From the NCBI RefSeq assembly GCF_964355755.1, contig NC_092671.1, positions 17,236,001-17,300,000 of the forward strand: a DNA stretch of 64,000 bases, given 5' to 3'. Below are positions 28,540 through 43,800 of the stretch, in pieces; within the stretch, counting starts at the first letter, position 1; the number at the start of each line of letters is the position of its first letter. The position numbers and the translations under genes are program-made. The notes below the pieces were generated by a model. That model did not search any database. It was given only the letters and a program-made list of their open reading frames with translations, and was not told the origin of the DNA. The stretch comes from Antedon mediterranea. Lineage: Eukaryota; Animalia; Echinodermata.

Positions 28540-28849
28540 GATAACATTACCCAAAAGTGATTCCCATCGTCGACGTTAATGTAAAATATCATTTTGACAA
28601 AGTCTTTGAGTAGATCATCCGATATTCATTATAAGTAAATAAATGGTAAATCATTGAAAGAGGTTGATCGCATCATTATACTGTAAAGTAAACTGGCTTT
28701 ATTTTGATCATTGAATGTTGACATTGGTAAAGAACATTACTGTCTGTATTTCACTCTATATAATTGTTTGTACAAGTGTTTGTTTGGTTTTACATAGTAA
28801 CTCAATAGCAGAATTTACAGAAATTGCCACATTTTGATGTAAGGTTGAT

Positions 28850-28867
28850 TCAGTATCCATACTTATC
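28850..28867 (-). CDS. ARFGAP2: ArfGAP2/3 terminal coding exon DKYGY*
   Basis: ttgcag|GAT AAG TAT GGA TAC TGA; matches the conserved D(R/K)YG(S)Y terminus. Confidence 0.85.
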   Translation of the reverse strand, partial: DKYGY

Positions 28868-31800
28868 CTGCAATGCAATAAAAAATGTATTTATTTTCAA
28901 TATTTTATCAGGGATCGCATCTAATTGAAAAGTGAAATTTTAAAAACAATATTAATCATCACACTCCATATCTTCTAAAAAAGTGCTCTCTACAATTTTC
29001 AGATTCAGATGTTTTTTTTTTTTTTTGGTTTCTTGGATGTTTTTGCGGTATTTTTTATTTTTGTTAAGCCGAGCTACAGGTTCGGCAATTTATACATCTT
29101 AACAGGTATTATTCATTATTATGATGTGATTGAGTGAGTGATGTTGCAAAAAAAAAAAAAGAAGACATTTTCTAAAAGAAAAATGCAATGTCATTGAAAA
29201 TTGAAATACAACAAACTAACAATTAGAATTCCTCTCATACACCTCATTTAGCAAAACCTTTACACCTTTTGATTGATAGTAAACATGTTACAAATTTGTC
29301 TTAATACTCCGCATCTTATACTAGAATCGATGTAATACATTATGCAAATAAGAAGAGTTTATTTGTTATTTATCTTAATAATTGCTAAAGCACTTAGCAC
29401 CATCAGGCAGGCAGGTAAATGGGAGTCAGAAGAGTAATTAGAACAGGTATACCAACAGATGGTGTAATCATATGCAAACAACTTGTTTTGTGTCATTTTA
29501 GTCCTAATTTCTTTATATAGGCCTAACTCATTCTCATTTAAGTAAAGTAACTTTAATATATTTGTTCACACTTAAAAGAAACATAGCAGGTACAATAATG
29601 AATTATGAAGAGAAAATTGGTAGTGCAAAAGAAAAAAAAATATAAACCATATTAAAGAGAACAAGGCCATATAGATGGCTGCAGTCGCATGCTCATTAGT
29701 GTTTACCGACCGACCGACCAACCTACCAACTGACCGAAATTACTGAACATGTTTAAAAATGTTGAAATGTTTAAAAACATTTATATTTTTTTAATTTACA
29801 CGTGCGTAGCCGGTTACTTTTGACGTGCTCGTATAACGTAATTTCGAGTTGAAAAGTAAGTCAAGAAAACAGAAATTGGGCAAAAAGAGTGCGCAATAAC
29901 ATTTAACGCGCAGTACGCGCGCAAAAATCTGCGCACTCATGTCAATTTTGTAAACGCTTAAAATTGCCTGAAACGTACTCTTATTTCATCGAAAATAAAT
30001 TTTGAAAATTGTAAGCGCGCGTACGCATGCGTTACATGCGCTACGCATGTAATTGTATTGCCATATGATGATTTATGCCCTGAAATTTATGACTACCAAA
30101 TTTTATTTAATTGTGGTTCATGGTTGTGAAGATATGATTACAAACGTGATTTCGTTAAATCGTGTGTAGACCGCGTAATTTTTTATTGCGCACCGTGAAA
30201 ACATAACCACATCGATTCCTGGCCATAAGGAATATACTGTGAAAAATTGACTTAGCTAGATTAAACTGATATCAAGATAAGGTCAGAAAGCGATAAAACG
30301 CATAGTGATACCGGACCGACAGACAGACAGACCGACCGACCGACATAGTGAACTATAGAGTCGCATCTACGCGACTAAAAATTGTTGCATCAGTCTGGAC
30401 TGCTCTGTTGCGATCCAGAATAACGTAGGTGAAAACACACAAAAGCTTGACAAAACAGATGAAAATTTCAGTAATATGGATATAGGCATCTCACCTGTTA
30501 TAAAGTGTTTCAATTCCACAGTTTCAAGTGGAGCTTATTTCAATCGCTATGTATTACATTCAAATTTAGAATTACGTTTAGGTTATTTTCCTCATGACAA
30601 AAAACAACTTAACAACTAACCACACCACATCATCTTTCGTAATTTCAGAATTAGTGTAGTTAAAATGTTGGGTAACACTATAATGCAGTTGCTATGGCTA
30701 CCTAGTGAACCAACCCAAATTTCTGCGCATACGGTAGTGCTTAAGTATAATTAAAAACCAATCACTATTGTTCCAATTTAGTTAGACCATTAGTATATAT
30801 TTAGTGAATAAGCCTATGTTTGGGTATTGCCAAGAATGCCAATAGCATCTAAGAAGAGGAATTTTATTCACAAAGACAGAGTATTATAATGTCTTGAGAT
30901 TGATGTTGGTTGCTAAAATTCCTAAATTTTAACTCAGGACAGTTGACAGATATTAAAAAACACACAACTCCATTTCTACTATATGTGTAAAACAAAATGG
31001 CAACAAAAATAGGGAGAATATTATTTCTGAGCTAAAGATATCTACAACTAAATTAAAAAATAGCAAGTGACATGCTGTAGAATTGAAAACAATAAATTCA
31101 CATATTAATTATGCATGGTAATCTAAGGAGTCTATAGGGAGACTTTTAAGAAGCCTAATAGAGGCGAAGAAATATGGCGTTATTAGTATCACAGACTTCA
31201 AAGATCACTGTATCTCACAGAACACCTATTTACCACAAATTGGCTTGTTCACTGAACGAGTTACATATGATATATTATGTATATCAAAATCTAATTCAGG
31301 TATTGAATTTTGTCATGCTTCAGTGGTCAGTAGAAATTGACCAAGAGCAGGGGATACTGTAGGAAACGTAAGTATTCCTGTAAATACGCTGGTCAGATGA
31401 CCCATCGGTCAAATGAAAACTAATACTAGAGCTTGATTGTACACTGTTCAACTTTGAAAATCAAGAAAGACATATGGATAAGTACTATGAATATTAAATC
31501 TAAAGAATTCAAATGTTTTGAATGATATAATTTTATAAAATAAGAATTGTAACATTAATGTTTTATATTAATCACATTTCTTGTTATTCAGATCATTGCC
31601 AACATCAGATATCAGATTTTAATTTTTATTGCCAGAGTTGCTGTATGCTACAAAAAGAATCTGCTTAATTATTTATTTACAAGTAGAAAAATATTTTATT
31701 TGTGTACCATACAAAAAGCGTTAAAACAATAGATTATATAAAGAAATTAAAAACATTATCTATGCAAAACTATTCGATTTAAATCAATGCAATTAGTCAA

Positions 31801-34800
31801 GTTTAAAGAAAGATTTTAACCATTTACATAATCTAATGAGTTGAGATAGATAGGCACTTTGAATGCTTATATTGATTTCTACATTACCTTTGTTTCATAT
31901 TCGTCTACGTTTCATTTTCTGAATCAGAGATAAATACATTTATTGCTGCTTCTTAATATGTTTGCAAGGAATTTATTTTTTTGGATATAAGGTAACCTCA
32001 TTTTGTAATTGATTATCTTGAAAATGAACATTGATTTATTATATTTAAGAAATATACTTTCAGACAAATCTAAGAAGGGAGTTAAGTTAGTCTAATTTCA
32101 TTACGGTTTCTCATAAAAATTGTACTTCTTCCATAAGGAATTCTTTTAGTATAAATATGCTAATAATAAATCACAGAGATTACAAACAATTCAAAGTGTT
32201 TGAATACTAGACACTAGGCTAGTCAGTTTAGATTTCACTAGCCCATAATAGTAGTATCACAATTTGAAGTGTTTGAATACTGGACACTAGGCTAGTCAGT
32301 TTAGATTTCACTAGCCCATAATAGTAGTATCACAATTTGAAGTGTTTGAATACTGGACACTAGGCTAGTCAGTTTAGATTTCACTAGCCCATAATAGTAG
32401 TATCACAATTTGAAGTGTTTGAATACTGGACACTAGGCTAGTCAGTTTAGATTACTAGCCCATAATAGTAGTATCACAATTTAAAGTGTTTGAATACTAG
32501 ACACACTAGGCTAGTCAGTTTAGATTTCACTAGCCCATATTAGTAGAATCACAATCACATAGGCAATAATAGTAGTATCAATCTTAAAATTAAATATCTC
32601 AACTGTGTGCTTATTTTCCATGGACTTCTGCGGGCAACTTAATCATTCCGTAACAGTAACAAGCCTCCTTCTGAATTTAATAGGGCTTCGGGGAGCCGGA
32701 GTTGGCCCAGTAAATTGGCCCAGGGTACACACCAATTCTTTTAGGACTGTGTAGTGACCTTTAGATATAAACAAAGTATTTAATAGAATTCTATGCAAAT
32801 CATGTGCAAACATTTTAAACGTTAACTGGTCGAGTTTTCACAAGTAGCTGACTGGATTTGAAGATGTTCTCTGGTGCCAGCAGTATGTTCAGGGAGCCTA
32901 CACATTTTGTGAACACGGTCATAAACAAACATTCTTAATTCCTCTGACTTTGGAAGTCTAATTGGGAATCTGGTAACTATTGAATACTAACATAGTGATA
33001 CACTATCATCGGTATCATTACTAATTACAGCAGTACGGCATGATTCTCCAGGGACAATGATTATGTGTTTGATATGCAGAAATAATGTGTACCTTGGCTT
33101 CAAGATCAAATATAATATGTATCAATTATTGTTAGCCAACTTTTTCTCAAATATCTAAAATTCATTGATATACAAAATGGAATTATCTCCTTTAATTCAA
33201 CAGTTCATTATCAATATGTCAAAATTACAGACAGTTCTACATCGTTTAACAAGAAAGCCAAATTCAATGTTTTTTTAAATTATTCATTTAACTCTTGTTA
33301 AACATAAAAGTAATTTCATATTGTATCATCACTTTTAAATAAAATGTTCACTTAAGTAAAAAAAAGTACTATAATAGGTTTAAATGAATCCTATGTTAAA
33401 CTAAATTTAAACGTCGAAAATGCAATAATAACGATAATGACAAAAATGAGTTTCATGTCAAAGAGCACCAAACCAAATTTTCTTTTTCCAAACCTATAAA
33501 TTCTTCCTATTATTTCTCTCTATGAATAACTATGATTATGGACGATTTACCGTCAAAGTTATACCTAATGATAACAAATAGCTTTTTTACAAGCTCACAT
33601 TATTTTATCATTTTGATTGCCCTACAATAACATAGCACACCATTCACTTATTCTCTTCAGTCTCACTATCATCCTCCTTATATAAACAATAAAAACCAGA
33701 TCTGGCATCATGAAATAGCAATATGTCCCTATGATAAGTAAGTAAGAATACTAATGGAGTATGTTATTCTAAGATGTAAAGAGCTTTTAATGTCAACCTT
33801 AGACATTGATGAGCGCAACTGCAAACTGTTAAAATGTCAAAAGGCCTCTTCATTTAATGTAAACATACATTATCTAATGTTAGCATTATCTATAATACCA
33901 AATTCAAGGTTATTTGATACTTCATATATTGAGGGTGCTGTTGTTATAGATAACAATACTAATATTGTACCTCAACCAGTCCATGTTTTTGTTTGACCTG
34001 TTACGATTCTAAAAATGTGACATTTTAAAGCGCTATGAATTCTATAACAATCAATGCCTTTGCATAGGTATGTATGCAAAGATATAGCTTTGGGCGATGG
34101 CAAGTCTAACTCGGATCAGAATCTTTTTACCATGCCCAGATGGTGTGGTTTTTAAAGAAAATCTAGAATAAAGGACCTCACAACTTGAAAAATGAAATAT
34201 TGTGAGGTTTTGTAAAACTATAGAGGGTGCTATCATACTACATTAAACCATAGAGGGTGCTATGAAAAAACCTAAAAATATTGGAATCGATAATGCCTAA
34301 AGCGAAAAATGTGTTGGCAACTTATTATTTCACTTATTAAACGCGATAAACCACTTGCTCTTGCTAAGTGAACACTCTCAAGATGCAATTGTAAATTTAG
34401 TTATAGATGAGATAATGAGACATAGCAGTGGTTCATCAAATATCACTAATAAAATAATCATTATGTAGTATAGTTGACATTCAAATCAACCCTCTCTTGG
34501 GATATGTTTGTCAGTTAAAATTGACCATCCTCCATCCTCAATAAAGTGATATAAAATGTACATATATGTTTGTTATAATTTGATGTGAACAACAATTACA
34601 ATCCCCTGCTTTGTTTAGTTCATTGACACATTGGCCAAACATGCATTGTTTATATTGCTTATCAATGAATTCTATTTACGTCAATAGGTGAGTTTAAAAA
34701 TCTGTCAAGATATGATATATACACAGTAGTGTCTGTTTCTTTAGCCATTGCATGTGATGTTTTTTTCTAAAGTTCTGTCTACACTATAAAAAATGTGATG

Positions 34801-37800
34801 TGCCCATATATGGACATGATGATATCATATCACTACCATAATTAGGCATATTACTACCATATTTGGGCACATCACACTTTTTTGTCAAACTAGTTTGATG
34901 TTGTAGACAGAGCTTTATCTCTGGCCAGGAAAAATGGGGCAGGGTTTAAAAAACTGATAAAAAATATCCAATTTAAAATTTCCAATAAAGATAAACAACC
35001 TGAGAATACATTCTAAACAATTATTGTATCTGTAAACATTCTCATGTATGTCGTCGATAACAGAAAATGCTTTTTGTCTTTCTAAACGAGCATAATTATA
35101 TTATAAAATTCTGTGAAATATAAATTGAATATAAATGCTTTCCATTTTCCAGCACATTACCGCATCTTTATGTGCAGCAAATATTGCGCTTCATTAGTCA
35201 TAACCTAATTTCTCTAATGGTTAATTATCTACAGGGGGTTGAAAATATCCAAAGAATCCAATAATCTACTTCTAACATAATCCATTACAAAAATAAGTAG
35301 GCCAAATTACAAATTAATTTTTTAAGGGGACAAATGGATTTTAAAATAAGAAACTCATCTTTAGGGCAAATTTAAGTAGGTAATTTTTGTCACTTATTTT
35401 TAGATTCTTTTCTCAATAAAATTGTTTACTGATGGGTATTCAAATACAGACAATTGAAATCACTGAAAAAGTGATACTTCTACAATCTGAAATTACAAAA
35501 AAAGCTATTCAATCATGTACAGAAAATTATTTAATATTTGTATGGAAGCAACTAAGGAGAATGTAAGAAAAAGGCGAGACACCAATTTATGCTTTATAAA
35601 TTATAGGCTACATAGAGACTTTCCCTGACAAAGCTTGGGATTTACTCTGGGCTAGTTGTGATATTTTGTTGGTGTCATATTGCTGATAGTTAAGGGCATG
35701 TGGTGCAGTGTGTTGGACATTAAATTAATGATCGTAAAATCATGGGTTCGAATCCAACGCTTATCACATTGCTTGTATCTTTAGGCAAGACACCTACATT
35801 GCCTCTCTCCACCCAGGTGTAAAAACTTGCGCCAATTACTAGCTACATTATAGAAGTATGTTGTTTGATTTAAAAAAATTGACCGGGCTAATATGTACAG
35901 CGCTTAGAGGTTTCACAACATTAGGTACTTTAAGGCCAACTTGTACGAGGCCCGACAAGTCGTTTCATCAGGAGAAAATTAAACATGTTTAAAGTTCTTC
36001 TGATGACCTAAAAACTACGCCCGATGCTTTCTCAAGACGACTCATCTCCTCAGGATTCAACTTAGACAGGACCGAAAAGACAAGGTCATGATGTTTTTAG
36101 TCGGGCCTTGTCGTACGATGCTATCCAAGTTGTCCTTTATAAATCCAGGATATTATTATATTTATAGTTAAAAATAAATAGGCTTTCCAAAAAAATCACA
36201 ATCTTGTAAAGAACACTGTCACACGGAAAAGTCAGAAGAGAACCAATAGTCAACAAGCTCTTTCATCATTCAATGCAATCATTGTTTACTTACCTGAATG
36301 GAAGACATTAACCCATTAGCCATTTTTGATAGTTTTCCAGCAACCTGTGTGACGCCCTCCTTCATGCTGTCTTTAACTGCCCCCATATCTGGACCTCCTG
36401 GATTGCGTCGACTACTTGAACCACCATGGAAGTAATCATCGCTTGATATACTTGCGCTTCCTTCAAATCTTGTCATATTTGCTTTCTCCTATAAAATATA
36501 AATTTTGAATGAATTGAAAAACTAAAATATAACAATTACGCCTGATTCACGTGTAGATAGTGGTACAATGTTTGTCCTCCAACCTCTACACTAGCCAAGT
36601 CTCTATCTTTTTCTTCCAATTACAGGATGGATAAATTATTTTATAATTTTGTGTGCTAATAAAGTCATTTGAGACTTAGGGAGTGGATTTGAAAGAGTCG
36701 TGAGTTACAACCCCGGCACTAGGTCAGGATTGAACCCTGGACCTTGGGATTGGAAAGCACGTTAACCACTAAGCTACAACTCCACTACCATATGATAACA
36801 TGTTTTGTAATTCAGAAATAAAAACATTTTTTCTCAGCTAAGAGAATATAAAACCATATAGATATAGGAATAGGTACAACTCTCAAAACGAACTTACTTT
36901 TTCATGAGCTCACAAATGTGAAAGACAGATAAATGTAAAATATGTGACAAAACAAATTCATCAGCAACATATCTGCATTATTTGCACGTAAAATATAATT
37001 ACTGTACTATATAGAAATAAATATGCACAAATTCTTGTGGTTTAACACAGTATTACAAGGCTACTTGAATTCTTTGGGTATTTGCAGATTTATTAAGATT
37101 GACATCAGAGAGGCTGATTACAATCACACAGTTATTAATATGGTATTTTAAAAAAAATATTGATGAGTAAGCGAGGAAAAAAAAATCTTATAGTTTACAT
37201 TGAACAATGATAATACTATAACAATTATTCTGTTTTCTAAATGCTGAGAAATGTCAAGGTGAATAATTAAATGGCATTTTTGTTTTCATTTAAATTTATC
37301 ACAAAAAAAAAAGGTGATCATTATTCATACAAAATTGAACATTACTAGCTAATCAGACAAGGTCTAATAAACAACAGAAGGATTTGAAATTAGTTATTAG
37401 TACAATAATTAAAATAGTTCGAAAATCTGTGTTGTCTAAAGCCTGATTTCCATAAAATCGCTACACGGCAGAGTGTAGCGATTCTATGGAAACGCTAGAA
37501 TTTATCGGGGATCTAGTTCGCGAGTGCTAAATATTCTATGGTACGCGTATATGATTCATCGCCGACAAAATCGGCAAAGTTGAACATGGTTGAACTTTGC
37601 CGATTTGACTGCGATGAATCGGGGAGCCTTCCCGATTGCGTCGGCGACATCTGCGCGTGTAGCGATTTTAATGAAAACGCTGTAGCGACGGTGTAGCGAT
37701 TTTATGGAAACTAGGCTTAACTGTGCTATATGTACGTTGTCAAAACTTTGTTGACAAAGGGTTTTGAAGCTAGACGATCAATTACCATGATCAGACTGTA

Positions 37801-40800
37801 TACAATTATAATTTGTCACGTCATGCATCAAATGGGGTGTCTAGAAAACTCAGATCTCAGATATATCCATTCCATTCTGTAACTAGAAAACTCAAATATC
37901 AAGATCTGGAAAAGTCAGATATCCGAGTTTTCTAGATCTAGAAAACTCAGATTTTCTTCTAGACATCCCATCAAATGATGTAGTACCGATATAAAGCCTT
38001 AAACATGGTAATAATATTATGGAATGACGATGATGTCACAATAATTTTTTTTTTAAATTAGTATAATTTACACCATTATTTGCATACTATATGAATGAAA
38101 TTCAATATTTTTAATATCTTAAATAATTAAACTACAGTATATTAGGCCTACATCTGGAGTGATTATGTACATTTTTCAGAACCATTGATGTACACTTACT
38201 AGAGGGTAAGTGAGCAAGGAAAATGCACCCTCTGGTAAAGATTGTCCAAATATTTCCAAGGGCTACCGTCCTAGTTTTGTATTCTTTAGTAAATTCATTG
38301 GCAAATTAAAAGGGATATATAATGTGCATACACAACACCACATTCCTTTTAACATAATCAAGTCATTACAGCAATATTTGTTTTCGGTCTTTGTTGGTAA
38401 TATTAATAATGGATTTCTTGCATCATCGTAATTGCCGCCTTTAAGCCCTATTCATTCTTGCATTAGTTTTTATTAATTTACTCGTCAGTATAATCTTATA
38501 TTGATGTATCATCAGTCTTCTTCATCATGATACTTAGGAGGATTACATTTTTTTAAGAATCGAAAATAATATGTAATTGGTTCTTATACATTCATGGTTC
38601 CATAATATAAATTGTTGGAGAATACGAAAGAATGCGTACCATGTGGCAACACGCTACAGACAGTCCCATTACTACAGATACTAAAGCCTAACCATACTAA
38701 TTGAAATCCACGTAAATGACTGGTTATATATTAAATGTCTTTATTTTAACTACCACTTGTTTTATTTTGATTTAGGAGCAGATGTACGAAGATTTAGCTA
38801 AACGGTGTGAGCTGCACTTTCTTCAGAAATACTTTTCTGTGAAAATTACCCTTTTACAAATAACTGTTAATTGATTTTTTTATAGTAAACACATACAATT
38901 TACATACACTTACATCTATTTTATCACCTCCAAAGAACTGATCTGATGAAATTGACTTAGCATTACCATATTTTTTGTTTAAATCTCCAGCTGGCTCCGA
39001 AACCTGAACAGGTTCCTTTCGACTTCGACTGGTTTTACTGAACCTAGAATAAAACATAAAAATTAAAAACGTTGGTTTGGCGTTTTATACGCAATTGCTA
39101 ATGAAATTTATGAGTGTTCTGGTCCTAGAAAAATGTCCATTGCTTTGAGGGAGACAAGAAGTACTTACACTCACTGCTGAATATGTGTTTAATGGTCACT
39201 GTAATTATACACTACTTTACTACAAAACTTTATCAATCTAACATGGTAAGCTCTGATAGGATTTAAATACATTATCAAAGTATACTGTAAATGCTACTCT
39301 TCACGAGTAAAGAACATTTAATATGCTTCACCTCCTAATACCGTATTGGTCATAGCATAGATATGTCTATATACAACATAGTGAACATCCTTGGGTATAG
39401 CTCACATTCACAATGCCCAGTTTTTAGGAAAGTGTGGTTTTAAAAATGTATTTTGAAATTAATTATAACTAGGAAATGGTTTGTTTAGAGTTTAATTCAC
39501 ACAAATAAATTTGGTTGACATTTTAGAATGTTTACATCTCGTTTTTAATTTGTGTTTGAAATACCAAAGTTTAGAATTTGAATGTCTCGATATAAGCTCA
39601 CCTCAAGGTATCCATAGCATATTATTATACATAATCTATAGACATATAATATCACATGGCCAACTTTAACAACTCAAAAAGATACATGATATGGTTGCAA
39701 CAAATTGGCCAATAAGATAAAGTTTTGCACCGAACTTTGTTTATTTCAGCAACGCATGTTGAGCATATCAATACCATAACACATTATTATCAGATTCTTG
39801 TACGAAAAAATTGATATACTGTACTAAGTAATAAGCCCACCATAATCCCTACAATAAACCCATCATAATCCCATGAACCTTACTAGATAGATGCAATAAT
39901 ATTTATAACATTCTTATGGCAGCCCCTGCATCTAGTATCTGTCTCAGACGTATTAATTAGCCCATGGCTTTCCTCTGGTCAAGGTGGGCACTGGACGAGA
40001 GAAGCCCTTGATCAATGTTAAGGACCAATCAATGTCCTGGCTTTGTTTCTATCAAACCTGTTAGTGGCGGTAATTATCGCTGTAGGTTTCAATTGAATAA
40101 AATAAAAAAATTTTTAAATAATGTCTAATATAAGCACGATTCGATAACATTTTTAAAATCAATAAAATAAAAACATTAAGTTTATGAAACAGAAAACAAC
40201 CAATTTTCACTTTATAATATGCACTTTATAGACATTTTAATTGGTAATTATTTGTTCAACTTGAGCAGTAACCGTGGCAATAATTTCTAAATATATCTTC
40301 TTATGGTAAATTATTCTATGGTTTGGACAAGGTTTAGAGTGATTGGATCGGTAATTACATTAACAAATTTCATATTTGCATTTCATAATGTCAAATTTCA
40401 GGAGCCTGGGACTAATTTAGCACATGTTGCTCATCACAAAACTTCTTACATTAAATAACGGTTCATCAAGGGCTGATTAGAAGAATTTACCATTCACAAT
40501 TTTAAATTCTATACGATCAAGAAACTGTCTGGGTACTTTAGAAAAGTAACTAACTATACAAAAATATACTATACACTATGTATCGATTTTCTTTCGGTGT
40601 TAAATATTGTTTTTAAACAGAAATAAAATAATTTAGTGAAACTAGTGGTGTAACGCAGAAGCCTGAGGCCCTTTTAGGAACCCTAATAGGATCTCATATG
40701 CTGGAGGCTTTGGGCGTTTCAGCCTTTTTTTCACATATTTTAATGCCTTTTTTTCCTCTGGACACTGCTCAGGGGCCGCCATAAGCTCCGGAGCCCCAAT

Positions 40801-43800
40801 AAGTGCCAGGGCCCCTGGGTTTAGCCAGTGAGCGCTCATAGCCGTTACGCCACTGAGTGACACCGCATTTCTGAGTTCAGACGGAAGCATATTTGGTTGG
40901 TGCCCTGTAAATAAAACTATTCCTGAACATGTGGTAGTAAATTCCACAGAATTAGACAAACTTACCCAGACTCAATTGGCATAACCTTATCATAAGTTTT
41001 TGGCTTTGTAGAAGTTCTATCAATGATTTCCCATTCACTATCCTTAGATTTATAATTGTCATCGTCATCATCATTATCTTCATCATCATCATAGTTACGG
41101 GAACTCTTGCTAGAATAACCCCTAGAGCACACAAAAATAAAATCTCATGGTCAGAAGCAAGAGTTTCATAAGTAGTTATTTTGTAGAAAAAACACAATAT
41201 TTTTGTTTCTCAATATATGACATACATACCCTTGTCTCAATGGTTTTCCACCATATACGACACTCCTATTTAAAAACCAGTTGGTTATGATGAAAATGTA
41301 TTGCATGGCTGTAGTAGTGAGTATATTGTGTTCCCAGCAAACAATAGATGTTGACACAAATAATTAATTTAACTTAAAACAGGGTAACTTAGCCAGAGCT
41401 TGATACTTATCTAGTTGAAGGAATTTCTCAACAAAATATTTGCAATAAGTTATTAATATCATACTTAGGCTTAAACAGCAATACACTTTATAGTACTGTA
41501 CTTATTATTGATAATAAGTCACTTCTTCCATACATACTTATTCATGTTTTAATAAAATATTAAGTTAGAAACGAAATACAGTAGAACAAAACTTTTGGGG
41601 CCCAACAAAAGACGGACTCTACCATTATGATAGTTGCTCAATAACATGTTTTAGCGTTGACACTCGATAAAACACAAAACATAATACTGTTTATGTTCAG
41701 CTTTATACATAGGAATGTAGTAGGTGCGAGATAAAATTGGGAAATATACCTTGGCTTGGTTTAGATGGCGTGCTAGGTAATAGATAAGGACAACCACCTT
41801 CAATGCATAGGATATGGCTATTAAATGTGGTAGCAGGTATATGATAGAAAATGATTGTTGAAAATGAGTGAATAAGAAATCTTGTAAATTGGTAAATATT
41901 AAAAAATCTCCACCACCGGCAAGCAGTATTAAATCATTCTAAAATGTTTGCCTATTTTCCACAAAATTGCTATGTTGCCAACACACTATAGAAAACTAAA
42001 TATCTGACTTTATAAAAAAATTGTTACGGTCCAAAAATATTTTTTTAATCTACATAAATCATCAAGTTAAATTTCTAATTATACGATATATTATAATTTG
42101 AATTAATATTTCAAACAAACAAATGACCACAGAATGAACCAGGTAAGAGTGAATTCACTCTTCCCTAATTGGACAAGTGAACAAAAGTAAAGCATAGCAA
42201 TTTTATGGAAACCAGGCTATGTAGGAAAGAGAGAACAAGAAACAAGATGAAGGAACAATAAACCAAGTATTTTCATTTCATTTATTTAAATATAACGGCG
42301 GCATTTAGGTCAAAAGCAATAGACAGTTAAAACTGTATATACTGTAGATAATTCTTAATTCTAATGGCTATATTGCATCGTATCTCAACAAATTTAACGG
42401 CGCAAACACTTAAGACTTGGTTTGTATTGATGTTAAATAGTTTGAAACACAAGAAGCTTGTATGGTTCTCACAGGAAACGCAGTTGCTGAGCCAGAAAAT
42501 TTGTGAATTTATTTGCCAGTTAAATGTTGTGTGTCAATGTTGCAAAATAGCCAAATGTTTCCATAAAATTGCTATACAGTATTGTTGAATATTGTATTCT
42601 AAAATACTTTAGATGTTTCCATAAAATCGCTATACTTGTTGATGAAATGAAAGGTCACTTCTGATTTTACTATTATAATAAAAAGTATATTTGCATATTT
42701 AAAGGCCATTGCTGGCTGTTGATTGGTCAGACATGATAATGCGTTACAAAAATTACCATAATTGCTTAATCCATTCACAACTAACAAGTATAATATAATT
42801 CTGGAATTATTAATTTCTGATGATAAAACTTACAACAAAACTATGCGTGCCGTAATATGAACAAAGCATTCTATAGCGATGGCATAGCAATTCTATGAAA
42901 ACTAGGCATTATATCAGCAATTAGTGCACTGACATTTAAATCTCTCAGGTACACTATACCCATTTACAAGAGAAAAACAATATAATAAAATATTGTACTA
43001 AAGATAACCCCTTACACTCGAGTGTTTGCATCAACACAGCTAAGTAAACTTGTTATACATGCACTTAATAGTACCTGTAGTATTTCTTATGAGACAGCTG
43101 TACAAAAACAAATACTGTACATGTATTCAATTCGTATCAAGTTAAAATTTGAGTAATTTGGCCCAATTTTGGAACAAAATATAGATACCATGTAGTTTCA
43201 CATAAATCTTATTTTCATAAATAGGAAAACTATTTACCTTGCAAATGCAAATTTGGCCATCTGAGCCAAGCACACAAATCAGACTCATGACTTACTATCT
43301 GTTTAAGACAAACAGCAAAAGTAGCTTCAATTAAAAGCAGGTTACCAATTCGAAAGTCAAAGTGCAAGTGGGATTTTGGTTGTTTTATTTCACAATTTTG
43401 TAGCACGTAAATAAATCAATGGTATACTGTATGTATGATCAGTACACACAAGACAGATTTGCATATATTTTATGTATTTTTTGGGTAAAAGACAATCACC
43501 ATATTCTTTAATTAACTTGCAAGATAAAATCACCTATTATATGTGATTAATACAATCATGGCACCTATATTTGTTTTTCTAAACAGTGTAAAATCTTAGA
43601 TATATGAATAATGTTAAAACCTCTGAAAAATAACACACATTTCACAAGTGAACAAACATGAAAACTATCGACAATGAAGTGTGAGAAAATACTTTCATAT
43701 TGAGGAAGATACAGTAGACAATAACACAAAAACAATTACAAAATATTTACAACAAAAACAGTTGATAGGGCAAGCAGTCACCAAAAACGTGACTAGGAAT

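Noticed and set aside
43238-43260. Possible extra ArfGAP exon (ctcag...gtaaat on the minus strand)
   Set aside because: 23 nt would shift the frame, and the polypyrimidine tract is weak
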